DNA of 64,000 bases from Paragordius varius (lineage: Eukaryota > Animalia > Nematomorpha), in contig OZ176055.1 of NCBI GenBank assembly GCA_964247055.1, positions 9,362,001 to 9,426,000 on the forward strand, given 5' to 3'. The first letter of the stretch is position 1, and every line of letters starts with the position of its first letter. The translations under genes were made by a program, and so were the position numbers. Below the pieces are notes generated by a model. It ran no database searches. It was not told where the DNA came from and saw only the letters and a list, made by a program, of their open reading frames with translations. Below, piece after piece: positions 30,774-44,100 of this stretch.

Positions 30774-33289
30774 ATGGATATATCTGAGGACATTTTATCA
30801 AAATTATCCGACAAATCATATTTGGATAGTTTAGAGGATAATGAATATTTTATAACAGTCATAAACAAACTTATTCATTCTCTCAACGTTTACCTGAAAA
30901 TCGGTGATGATCAACCTCTTGTTCATAATGAACATTTTATTAATAAACTAACCACATTTTTGTCAAAAATAAACTCTCCCATCTTAATAGATGATAACCT
31001 ATTAAAGGACGTATTACTGAAAAGAAAATTAATTGGTTTTTTAAAGTTTTAATTTTTCAGAGCATTTATTAAATGAATTGCTAGCAGCAAAAATATCTTT
31101 AAAACAATCACAAGTAAATTTGTTTGACATTTATTAAAGCAATACGTGGAAACTGGCAATTTATTTAAAAAAGTATCAAATGCCCTTGATTTTCATGATT
31201 TACCTGGCTCACCCAATTTTTTTAATGCATTTTATGACAAAGTACCTTTTTTTATTATCTAATTCTAGTTGCGAAATTATTTGCCAAAAACTATTGATGC
31301 CAATCTTCTCGGAAATAATTTACTCCATTTTGATCAATATACCTTGGAAGATTGGAACGACTTACAAAATTTTATTTGTGAATGTCGAAAAAATTTTGAA
31401 ATGCGTAAAGAGTTGTTGATAACTCGTTCTGATGTAACAATAGAAACGTTTGGTTGGTCTAAAAAGGTATTTATTTTATTTAATTTGTGTTTTAACTAAT
31501 CGCAAAAATATATAATCCTTAATTTTAAATTGATTTTGTTTAATGGATCCCATTTACAATTCTGATTCACCCTTGAACCAATAAAATTTACCCTAAAAAT
31601 AATTTAAGTCTGTTTTTGGGCTAATATAACATATTATTAATATATTTGAAATATATCTTTATGGTTTAGTTTATTTTTCGACGAAATTTCCTTTTTTAAA
31701 AATATTAAAACATATAGGTAATTTTTAATCTTAAAAAACACATAATTTATTTTAGGGTAAATTTGTATTGTTTAAGGGTGGTTTTCAAGTGTAATCATGG
31801 TATATTACGAACAACATAGTTGGGCTATTTAGGAAACTAGTTATTTTATAGATCAACCTTAAAGGGTTTATTTCTCCCAACAAGGAGGTAAATAATAAAT
31901 AAATACCATTTACACTTCAAATTCACCCTTAAACAATTTAAATTCACCCTTGAACAATTCAAATTCACCATAAAATTAACAATGTGTTTTTTTACATTAA
32001 AAACTACCTTTATTTTTATTATTTTTAAAATGTGAAATTCTGTATAAAATTAATATAATGCTGAAAAAATAATAAACTGTGATATATTTCATATTAATCA
32101 CGAGCATATTAGTCCGAAAACACATAATAATTGTTTAAGAGTGAACTTGAATTGTGTCAGGGTGAATTTGAATGTTTTAAGGGTGAGTTTATATTGTAAA
32201 TGGTATATATTAAATATTTAAAAATACAATATTTTTTGTCTGTAGGATGAAAGAGTTAATCAAAAATATGCAAACTTTCGTCAACATTTTGATTCCAGCA
32301 TAAACCTAAACATTTCCGACCTACTGGCCATGACAAAAGATATATTGGTACTTACGAAAACGAGTGATCAAGCTTCCAGAAAATATACACAAACTGCCCT
32401 AAATAGGATTCTGATTGGCCAAGTTTTGTTTTAAAATTTTTAATCGTTTAGGATTCGAGTTGATTCTTAAACACTTTTTAATGATTTTTTAAGTCAATTT
32501 GGATCAATTTCACATTTATATTTATATGTTAGAGATCAATTTAAAATATTAATTTTAAAATTCCTGTAAAATTATTTATAAATAGGCTATTTTATGAAGA
32601 TTTGGCTGTTGATATAATTAAAATATTATTAATTTAATCAATTATTGATAAGATATATGATTTTGTTGTAGGTTAACTTTCATGTGTTTAAGGATTAACT
32701 TAAAGTGTTTTAATACCATTATATAGTGTCCAAAAAACATACATACTATTAAATTTCCATAAGGCGTGATGGTATAGTAGGTAAGGCGCCGCACTCTTAC
32801 ACTGCGTGCCAGGGTTCGAACCCTGAAACTACGCAATTTTTCCATTATCACTGTCAGCCCTGGGCAGGCAGGCAGGCGAGTCTTAAAGCCTTTACATGCC
32901 CGGATACAATTTAAGTCCTTACCCTTTAATTAAAAAGGAAAAAAAGACTCTAAACTGTATCTTTTTATTATTTATAGGTATCAGATCGAGGCGGTCGTCC
33001 AGACACAGGATATGTCCATCACGAAGAACCAACACACCACATGGGGACAAGGAATGGCCCTAGACCCCAACAACACACTATTCGTCACCCAAATATGATG
33101 CATAATCCTCATCAGAATAATCAATATCAAATGCAGGCACCAATGTATAGGCACCCGCCAGCAATGTTTAGGCCAGAAACCGTACAAAACCAATCACAAG
33201 CAAATAATTTTCATCCATATGGGGGTAGACGAGTTCAAAGTGGTTATAATACCAACACCAATAATGTGCGAATGAATAGATATTGTTAA
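30774..33289 (+). CDS. FAM98: FAM98 family protein (tRNA-ligase complex subunit), 367 aa
   Basis: Exons 30774-31035, 31061-31113, 31140-31241, 31269-31466, 32246-32422, 32978-33289 join in frame. Family motifs HLLNELLAAK, FEMRKELLITRSDVTIETFGWS, ALNRILIGQVSDRGGRP. Confidence 0.88.
31851..31890 (-). mobile_element. 40-bp 3'-terminal fragment of the same RTE LINE
   Basis: The reverse complement TACCTCCTTGTTGGGAGAAATAAACCCTTTAAGGTTGATC matches LINE 9043-9078; the first 20 nt are identical. Confidence 0.8.
31904..32205. mobile_element. MITE family A copy (a second, degenerate copy lies at ~31548-31803)
   Basis: TACCATTTACAC...GTAAATGGTA in FAM98 intron 4. Confidence 0.85.
32764..32835 (+). pseudogene. 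tRNA-like element (tRNA pseudogene or SINE head)
   Basis: 72 nt with A-box-like TGGTATAGTAGG, B-box GGTTCGAACCC and T-stem CAGGG/CCCTG. Acceptor-like GCGT..ACGC, followed by TTTTT. The anticodon arm (CGCA-CTCTTACAC-TGCG) and the 6-nt T-loop are non-canonical. Confidence 0.65.
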
Positions 33290-33813
33290 CCAAAAAACTT
33301 TGATAGTCAATTTGTTTGTCTGCATCATTAAATAAATTTTGAATGCCCATCGTTTTGTGTTTTTCTTGGATTATAAATGTTAGGTTTTGGTCAACTCTGC
33401 ACTTTCTTCAACGTGATTGAGTGATCTTAATAAATTTTGATTTCTTGTTTTAAGAGTTTAACAAATCCATCATATATATATTTCTATATGGTAAGATGGT
33501 ATCGATATATATAATAATTCATACTGTGCAATTTCGGCTCATTGTCTTTATTTAAAGTAAACTATTCTATTATAATGAAATCCAAAATGAAACATTTTTT
33601 GGAGCCCATACGTATTGTATTGCTAAATAACAATACGTGAAAATTTTGGTTTGAAGCCTTATGCCTCTACAAAATTGACTTGATTCCTGTTCAGATATGG
33701 AGCAATCAGCATAAAAGTGGAAAATTTTTTTTAAATGACTCATAACCACCAAAACCAACAACACGATGAGAATTATAATGTCCCTATCAAATATATATAT
33801 GCATATATATATT

Positions 33814-34364
33814 AAGCCAATTGCACTTCAAGAGTGTCCTTGAACACTTCATGTTGGTCAACATTTTAAGTTTGTCCTTGAACATTTCAAGTTTTTTCAC
33901 TTCAAGTTTCTCCTTCAATTCATATATTTTATCAAATTTATTCTCTTGATTCAACCAAACTTTTAGATAAATTTCCATTATCTTTTTAAAATTAAAATGT
34001 TTTTAAGAACTAAATAAAGATATACTGTTTCTGAATGTTTAAAAGTTGAGAGTTTTCTAGGCTATTAAATACAGTTTTTAGTTGAAAACATTTTTAATTG
34101 AATATGTTAAATTGGAAAAAAAAGTTAGAAAACAAAAAGTGGTTTTTAAGTGAAAATTATTAATAAAAGTGGATAAATGATTAAAAATCAATAAAATTAG
34201 TTAAAAAATTATTAAATAAATTTATGCAAAATTGTGCGCAAATCCAAACTTATTAAGTTTAAGGTCCAGCTTTAACTGTTTAAGGATCAGGTTGAAGTGT
34301 TGAAAAAGCAAAATGCTCAAGGACCAACTTGAAATGTTGAAGGACAATTTGAAGTGCAAATGAT
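33814..34364. mobile_element. MITE family D (~550 bp), divergent relative of family A
   Basis: Left end ..CAATTGCACTTCAAG..TGTCCTTGAACA.. is mirrored by ..TTGAAATGTTGAAGGACAATTTGAAGTGCAAATGATA. Subterminal ~21-bp repeats, TA-rich flanks. Confidence 0.7.
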
Positions 34365-35989
34365 ATATTTCCTAACGATTTTTTATAACATCTTTAAAAG
34401 AAGTAGCTGAGACGAATTCTTCGCATGATTACTCGTTGGATTTTATTACGTTTGGGATATGCTGATCATTTTGCCGATGATTGCAGATGTATTTGGGTTT
34501 AAATGAAATGGACATACATATTTGATGTGGATGTGGGTCTTTGTAATTAGGACTTTTTGACATGAGATTATTCGCTATTATTATTTTACATATACTTTGA
34601 CATTTTATTTCAAAATATGCCCATAATTATGAATCATACACAGATTTTTAATAGCATATATTTTTTATGGTGTTTGTTACTATATAACACTCAATTACCT
34701 TTGTTAGGTTTCTACCGTTAAACTAATATAATTATAAATGGTTCTATAATATTGGCTAAATTATTGCATATTAAGGTCTATGAAGCGCATTATAAAATTT
34801 TTAAAAAAGGCAAAGAATCCCCTAGCAAACTTTTAGCTGCCAAATATTTTTTGTGAAGTGGTTTAATAATAAAATATATTAATTTAAAAAATAAAATCAA
34901 CTTTTAAATATATCATTTCTTCATTTTGACAGTCTAGACCATTGGTACGCACTAAAAAAATTTAAAAAACCGCCGAAAATATTCATATTGTTTCAAGGCC
35001 ATGCAACATATAATATCTATAAAAAATTATGTTTGTAACATTTGCTTATATTATACTCAAGAACATAAGAAAAAATTTAACTCACAATTTAGGGCCTTGA
35101 AAAAAATACTGTCAGCGCCGCACTCTATTCTAATATTGATTTTAACCAGCTGTTATAAATTGATAATAATTATATATTTTACAGAATTAAAGTGCAAATG
35201 CCTTTTTTAAAAAATAAATTACTTTTAAAATATTTTTTACAAGTTTTCGAAAATAGGCCCCAATAGGTATCCAAAGATATTCAAAGAACTGTATGTACAA
35301 ATCTCTGGGTATAAAAATATCCTATATATATATGTATCTGATAGATAAAGGTATCATGATTCTCATGGTGCTTTTGGTTGGACATTATGAGTGATTTAAA
35401 TAAGTTATTACCACTAATAATTGTTTTATATGAAAAAATCGAAAAAATTGCGCACATTTTGCTAAATAATTTTTTAATGAAAGCTAAATGCTTCATTCCA
35501 AATATTACTAAAATACAACATAAATTATATTTAAAAAGCAAAGCAATGTTTTTTAAAACTAATTTTCAAATATAAGTCTTAGAGTTTCAATTTTTGCCCC
35601 CCTCTAAATGAGCTAGTTATTAAATGCCATTTAGCAAAATACATGCTAGATTATGATATACTAAAGTTACTTTCATTTAAAGATGAACAAATGTTTGAAT
35701 GAAATTCTGAAAGGTCATTGAATTATAAAAAGTGTTTTTATAATGTGGTAAAGGCTATATCGTTTCAACTCTGCTTTGAATCATAATATGTGGTTTATCA
35801 AAATTTTGCTTAAAATTAAATTATCTAAGTTTGCTTTTTTTAAAAAAAATTTGTTGATGCCATCCAGAATTTATTAATTTTATTACGAAATCTCGGCATT
35901 GCGCTTATTTTTATGAGAAATTTAGTCCCACATCTAGAAAAAAAAATTATTGTATCGATGACTTTGCTTTTTATCACCGTTTTTTGGGT

Positions 35990-36830
35990 AAATTACATAT
36001 ATTTTGAAAGGCAATCAATTGCTCATCTCCAAGGTAATAGATGAATGACGTGCCCGAAAAACTCATTGCCTTTTGCAGCGAACCATTCCTTAAGCCATTT
36101 TTCAACGCCTTATAAATTATTTAAAGGCTGCTCTGCGAGGGTGTGCCTCATTGTTGCGAAGTTGTATTATTCATATGGCGCCAGGTCAGGAGGGTTCAGT
36201 TGAAGCAGAAAACACCCATCGATGGAATTTAACGATGTCTATTACCGGTATTGTTGTGCGAGGCGATGCATTGTCATTTTACGAAACCTTTTATTATGTT
36301 TCTAACTCATTCCGGTTGTATTTAGATTGATACTGGTTTTAATCAGGTATTTGTTAGCGATAGTGTTATGTAATAACGATTTCTGGAGACTTTAAGAATT
36401 CATAATAAACAATACCGCTTTGGTCTCACAAAGCACAGACCATGGTATTTTTCCCCAGGTGTTTTGGCCTTATTGTGGATCAACTGCTTGACAAGATGAA
36501 AATCACAGATTTTCCGCTTTGGATATACAAAACAAAGTCATTACACATCACTCGTCCCAAATCGATTAAGAAATTATTTTCGTGACGTCGAAGTAGGAAT
36601 TTTCAAGCACCTTTGTGATTTTCAATTTGACCTTCATTCATATTATGTGCTCTTTAACTGTTATTTGTCTTTATTCGTACAATCTATTGATTGTGCTTTG
36701 TGATACTGCTAAAGCTTTTTCTTATTGTTAATTAAGTTTAAGTTGGGTCATCATTCAAACACTTGCACTACATCGTCTTTGCAGTTGTGTAGTCTACCAC
36801 AGCGCCAACACCCTTTACATTGTCTCAAAG
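35990..36830 (-). pseudogene. Decayed mariner (IS630-Tc1-mariner) transposase
   Basis: Minus-strand remnants in collinear order: LAVSQSTINRL (HTH), LLRRHENNFL, VLCETKAVLF, HDNA (36267-36277), PPDLAPYE (36171-36194; cf. YSPDLAPSD) and VEKWL. Many stops and frameshifts; TIRs not identified. Confidence 0.75.
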
Positions 36831-37620
36831 TTTAATTATTAAATAATGCTTAACATGTTTTTATCAACGGACAATTTGCACCATATGTTTCTGCCAGCAA
36901 ACTGAACTATTTAAGGCGAAATTGTTCATTTTCAGGCATAATCGAGATTATTGAATGATAAAATTAATACAAGTTTCAATGTCAGATGAACAAAATAAGG
37001 ACAATGGTCGGTGTAATAATCTTTGACGTATTCTCTCTAACCAATATTTCTAACAAATATACTTCTATATATAGATCGTGATCGATTTTAGTGATATTTT
37101 TTTATATAAATCTTTTTACGATTACCAAAAAAATATTGTGCTTATATTTGTATTTATTTAAATAGAAGCAATAACCGTAAATTTATAAATGTTTTTTTTA
37201 AATGACTAGAAACGCCCAACAAAAGCATTATGAGATTATTAGAAAATATATAATCATAAGATTTGTGTCTGCATTGTGTTATCGTTGAGAACAGATAATT
37301 TTAAGGTTATATAATAGGGTTAAAGTTTTGTTAATTTCCACATTAAATAAGCAGATATTCATATTTTATATTGTCATATAAATTGTCATGTAACTCTATA
37401 AAAATATGAAAATGCATATCATAAGTTTAATTTTAAAAATAAATATAATTATTACTGTTAAAGTTTCTTATTTTTTTAAGAAAAATACCTAAATGGGCGT
37501 TGTGTTTTTTTAAATAGCATAAAAAATAGCTAAAATTAATTGTAATGTAAATTTTAAAGGAATAAACATGTTTAGAGTTGAACGCAAGATTATACGTGCA
37601 TCACACATTCACTGATAAAT

Positions 37621-40422
37621 ATGGAAAATGTTGAAACTGCAAAGAAAAAATCCAGAAAAGTTTAATAAAATTAACTCATAAAGTCTTTAAAGAAACGAAG
37701 AAAAGCAAAAAGAAAGCATAATAAGGTTGAATCTACAAGCTTGGGTGTCCCTGAAAAAAGCGATGTGATAATTGAGTATGCACTTAAATATAAAATTTAG
37801 ATATGTACCTGAACCACCCAATATTAAAATAACTGATCCAAACTATCGTCATTTTTCCAAAGTTTTTAATACATTCAAAGTAATACTAACTAAATTTTAT
37901 TAATTCTATTAAACTAAATTGAATTGAATATTTTTTATTTTATGTCTTATTTAGATAACAGCAGAAGCTATCAATAATCCAAAATCATTGGATAAATCAA
38001 ATGCGACAGAACAGTTTAAGATATAACATTATAATATGTTTTTAGGAATCAAAATTTGTCAGAAACCAAATTACCCCATAATTTGCATCATGTTAAGGAA
38101 GTTCCAACATTCGAAGAAAATGACGACGAGGACGATTTGAATAAACTGACAAAAAAATTTGTAATTTTTTATTTTTTTTTAAAATTTTAAAAGAATTTTG
38201 ATAAAGATTTGATAATTGTGCAATATAGAGTAAAATATTTGCGTAAATTTATACGAAAAATTAATAGTCAAACTATTTTCTCTATATTATTTTAAGTTTT
38301 GACCTTTTCTCTTTAGAATGTTTTAAAATACTAATATTTTTTATGTTTGCTAATTTTATATAGTTTGATAAGTTTATATTTTTTTTTAATATTTATCATT
38401 TACTTTTTCTTTTAGTCTTTTTTATAGTTTAATCTTTTAAGTTTATATTTGTCCCTATATTTTTTTGGCCCTTTTATACTTTTTTTGGCCTTTATAAATT
38501 TTTTTAAATTTTCCGACATGACAAAAAATAGAAAGGGACAAACAATGTTGGTGGTGTCGCAAATCAAGAACCAGAAAAATTATCGAAACGTAAATGGAAA
38601 CAAATGCATAGGATTAGCGTTTCCGCCCTTAAACAATACGTTAAAAAACCGGATGTCGTTGAAATGTATGATATTTATGCCCCCGATCCTAAATTACTTT
38701 GTTATCTAAAGGTTTTTGCATTTTTTTGTTTATTTAATTTTCAAAAAAGGTTTTTTATTTTTAATTTAAAATTTAGATATGCGAATTCTAGAGTTTATAG
38801 TGATTATTTTACAATATTATATTGTATAATTTATTTCTATCAGTATATTATTTTTAAGTTTTTTAGTTTTATAAATTATTAATTTACCATAAACTATATT
38901 TGTTTACGGCTTAAATAATTAATTATATGATCTAAAATTGAAATTATAACCATTTTACATGGAACATAATTATGAAGTATTCTTTTAAAAACAAAATTAT
39001 ACAATAAACCTAATATACTCTTTTAAAAAAATTATATTATAATTGTTTGACATTATTTAATTAAAAATTATATGCCATTTTTTTAACCAACAACATTTTT
39101 TGCAATTTTATGACAACTATAATTATTCATTTAATTTTAAGTTAGTGATTAGTTAAATTTTAGCGTTGAAGTATATGATATTAATTATTGTTTTATTATA
39201 TAAATATTTAATGGTTAAATGATTTCCAAACATTTTAATACTGTCTTAAATTTAATTATATTTTATTTTATTTATAATATTGATGTAAGAAATTTTTGTC
39301 TTTTCTTGGAAAAATGTTGTCTTTTGCTTGAAAAAAAATGGTGTATTAAAACAAATTTTTTGTTGTTAAGATTTTATCGTATTTTATTATTGCGTAGTCA
39401 ATTCGTAATACTGTACCAGTCCCTAGGCATTGGTGTTATAAACGAAAATATTTAGCTGGTAAACGTGGATTCCTCAAACCACCGTTTGAACTTCCAGAAT
39501 TTATCCAAAAAACTGGAATTACTGAAATGCGACAAGCTATTCAAGATAAGGTTGAAAATATTGATTTTGTCAAAAATATTGTCAACGAGAACGAATATTT
39601 TATGTTAAATCTCGTAAAATTTATTAAATTCAAACTCTTTCCAAAATTTTCGATCAAATTTTGTTTTAATTAGTTAATCCATTAAAAAAGATACTCTCAT
39701 GTATCGAAAATTTTGGATATAGTTTGAATTAAATAAATTTTACGCGAGACACTTTTTGCGACAAAGGTCTTTTTTTCTTAAACAATAGAGATTTTGACTA
39801 CAGTTTTAAGATAAATGTGTATGATTGATATATTAGGTTAAGTTTATGTAAAATGTTTTTCCTAATTATATGGAATAGTATCCTATTTTATTCGTATTCT
39901 AAAACAGTTTTATCATATCTTATCAATAGAGAATGGTTAATAGATTTGAATTTATATATATATAAATATATATATGAGTAAGAATACATTGCTAGAAAGT
40001 TATTAATTATTGCCACGTCAAATAGCAAATGCAGCAAAGAGAATTATTATTATTGACTATTAATAGTAAAAATTGAAAAAAATAACTCTATAAGCCAATA
40101 ATACTGCCCCTTTAGTTGAATATGCTATTTGGCAATAATTATAACTTTCTAACTCATACTGTATATTAGTTAATAATCATATAATATTTTAATAATTTTA
40201 ATATCAAATAGTTTTATTCATTTTGGATTTGAATGTGAATGAGCTATGAAACCAAAAATTATTGATATATGTATAAAATTTAAAATGGGCACATATAGAA
40301 TTTTTGATCAATTATTTTATATTTTGACAAAAATTGATATTAATTGATTATTTATGATTGGATATATATATTATACATAAAATATGATTAAATACTCTTT
40401 TAAAAACGTAATTTATTTTGGC

Positions 40423-40453
<31 letters not shown>

Positions 40454-41089
40454 ATTTGTTTTAAGTCTATATAAAAATTTTAAGAATAAAAATAAAATTT
40501 TAAAAAATAATAATAAAATTTTTAAATATTAAAAGTATATATATATATATATTAAGGAGGAACACGCTTCGCTTAAAAGTACAATGCGTAATAAAATACG
40601 GCCAAAGATGGGAAAAATTGATATTGATTATCAAAAGTTACATGATGCCTTTTTCAAGTAACTTAATTACCGCGAAATATTTTGAAAATTTATTTATATT
40701 TTTCTAAAATTGATAATATTTTAATTTCCATTTATAGATGGCAAACGAAACCCAAAATGACTCACCATGGTGATTTATATTTTGAGGTATATATTTAATT
40801 TTTGTAAAATTATAGCATTTACAATTCGAATTTACCTTTTAACAATTCAAATTCACCCTCGAACAATTCAAATTCACCCTAAAAAGAAATTATGTGTTTT
40901 CGGGCTAATATTACTCATTACTAATAAGAAATATAAACTTAATGCATAATTTATTATTTTTTCAGTATTATGTGTATTTTAAACGCAATTTCATTTTTTA
41001 AAAATATGAAAAAATAGGTAATTTTGATCTTAAAAAATACAAAATTAAAATAGGGTGAATTTGAATTGTAATTGGTATGTAATTACTAG

Positions 41090-41127
<38 letters not shown>

Positions 41128-44100
41128 GCCTTAAATGTTGGCACAAAGTTAAAGATATATTTTTTTATATCGGGGACGAAGTATTGTGTTGTGTTAAAAT
41201 TAAATTACATCCATAGCTTTACCTTTAAATTTTATCATATACCCTATACAAAAAAATCTAATAGGATAAAAAATGGAATTTCTATAATGAATCCCTGTTC
41301 ACTTTTTATATTGTGTTTAAGTATTATAAAAAAAGATTTTTTTTAAATTTAACATATTATATAATTCCGTTTTTCCCTTATGCTAAAAAAATTACACCAT
41401 ATTTTACAAATTTTATGACAAAAAATAGCATTTTTTTGCATCTTTTTGCAGGGTAAAGAATTGGAAATTAGATTGAAAGATCGCAAACCTGGCGACTTAT
41501 CCGAGGAATTAAGGGAGGCCTTGGGAATGCCTTTGGGAATAGTATGTACTTTGTTTACTTTTAAAAAATAATTTATACTAATAACTGCTTAAAAATACGT
41601 AAAAAATTACTCATAACCGTTTTCTGGCAATATCTTCTAACAAAAAAAGAAACTTTTTTAGCTAATTATTTGTAACATATAGTCATTATACAGCTTTTTA
41701 AATAATTCTTCATAATAGATTTACAGTAAAAACTGAAATTATACGGACAAAACGTAAAAATATAAAGACAAATATTTTTATATAACCATACTTTTTGAAA
41801 CCTTATTTCTTCTCATATAAGCTATTTAGTTACAATTGTAAAATATAGAATTGATTGTGTAATATATATCTCTTTTTCATACTTTGCTATTTAAAACAAT
41901 GAGTTATATTGAAATAATCAAGATTTAAAAAGTATGGTTGTCTTTTAGAAAAATATTATTTGTCTTTATATTTTTACGTTTTGTCCGTATAATTTTATTT
42001 TTTACTGTATTATATTCAACAATTAAGCTCTAAAAAATTGTATTCAAATAAATATTAAAAATAATTTTGCATAATATCACGATAATTCTAATGTTACATC
42101 ATTATTAACAAATTCCTTTTTTCCATTACAAATATTTTATATTACTCTTTTTACAACTTTTTATATCCTCTCTCTTTCTATTAGTTGTCGTTTTAATTAT
42201 TATACTTTAAAAAAAGCGAAAAAAAAATAACCAATTTAACTTATATATGAGATAGCAAACTAAATTTCGTTTCATAATTTTCAGGGTTCCGATAAAATTC
42301 CACCACCCTGGTTAATAGCTATGCAAAGGTATGGACCGCCACCTTCCTATCCTGATCAAAGGATCCCTGGCTTAAATGCCCCCATTCCTGAGGGCTGTAG
42401 TTTTGGTTACCATTTAGGGGGTTGGGGTAAACCGCCCGTAGATGAGTTTGGACGCCCCCTGTATGGCGATGTTTTTAACACGCATGCCTTGGAATTTAGG
42501 GTTAGTTTAGTACTAAATTTTAGTTAAAAATGTGTAATTAACAGTTCTTTTGTAATGGTAAATGACGGATTGATTATGTTTTGTAATAACATCTGTGGCT
42601 TTTATATATGGGTGTCATAATATCCTAAAACTTGTAAGTTTGAAGGTGAGTTGTGCCTAACTCTAAATCAATATAATTTAACAATCACAGCCTTTTACAA
42701 AAATTAAAAAAGTACATGATGATTATTACACGCATACCCTGGAAATCAGGGTTAGTTTTTATACTTGTGCTACGCTACTCTAAATTTTAGCTAGTTAAAA
42801 ATGTGTAATTAACAGTTCTTTTATTTGAAATCTAATGATAAAAAGTTATTTTTTGAATAACATCTGGCTTATTATATATGCCTATGTCTCATAATACCCT
42901 AAAACATTTGAGTTTATGGGAAGTTGTACTTTAAAACTACATAATATAACAACCACAGCCTTATACAATAATTGGAAAAATACATAATGATGTTCAGCCT
43001 GAGAAAACCAGTTTATAGGCAATCACCAGCAAAAAAAGCTTGTGTTAAGCGAGAAAAATAAAATAATGATATAAAAATCATATTAAATTTTTTTGTTTAT
43101 ACACTCACACAGGGTGCCATAATAGACGAAGAGGTTGATAAAACGCCTTGGGGTGAACTTGAATCCGGGAGCGAGGATGAAGGCGACGATGAAAGTAGTC
43201 AGGACGAAACTACTGAAGAAAATACTCAACAATCGCTGATGATTGATAAAGCACTCATGAGTGATACTACAGTCCTGAACAATGGACTAATTACTCCTAT
43301 TGAACCGTATATATACTTTTATATACTTTGTTTAAGTTTTTTTTTGAAATTTTTTTACACAAAAATTCGCTTAAACAGTATTAACATTAGTGAAAGGTAA
43401 TTCACTAGCGTATAATGTTGTCCATAATTAAATAAAATTGAATATTGTAAGATTGGAAAAATTGTAATTTTAACCATTTGTTCTTATTGACCCATATACT
43501 TTACTCTATTGCCAATTGGCCAAAATAATAAAATTGACCAACAGTGATATATATCACTTACAGTTCACATTCAAAAATAACCTTGAACAATTCAAGATCA
43601 CCCTAAAAATAAATTATAGGTTTTTTAGATTGAAAATTACCTATATTTCTATATATTTTTTAAAAAATAAAATTTTGTATAAAATTAATATAATACTGAA
43701 AAACTAATTAAATTGCTATAATGATATATTATACATAATAATAAGTTATATTTTTAGGGTTAATTTAAATTGTTTAAGGGTGAATTTGAGTTGTTCGAGG
43801 GAGAATTTGAATTGTAAATGATACATATACTGTAATATAACATGAGTATGGTAGTAGGTGACATTACGGGAATATTTCAATACCTTGCAATCCTTAAATT
43901 ATCTATTAAATTATTTTTTAATTTATTATACATCTTTATTGATTTATTTAGGTTACGGTATAAATTTTTATGTATGTTTGTAAAAACCTAAAAAATTATA
44001 AAATGTTAAAAAGTCAAACCAAAAATATTCCCTAAAACAAGATAAACAGTATTTAATACTAGATTGTATAATAAGTGTAATGTTTGATTTTGAAAAAAAA

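Noticed and set aside
32791-32801. Ochre-suppressor tRNA or altered genetic code
   Set aside because: The anticodon arm is non-canonical, and all ten genes translate and end normally with TAA, TAG or TGA under the standard code.
33560-34620. Minus-strand exon candidates (GHYNSHRVVGFGGYESF... from 33784; MSKSPNYKDPH... near 34560)
   Set aside because: I could not join them into an open spliced frame or recognise a family. Needs RNA-seq.
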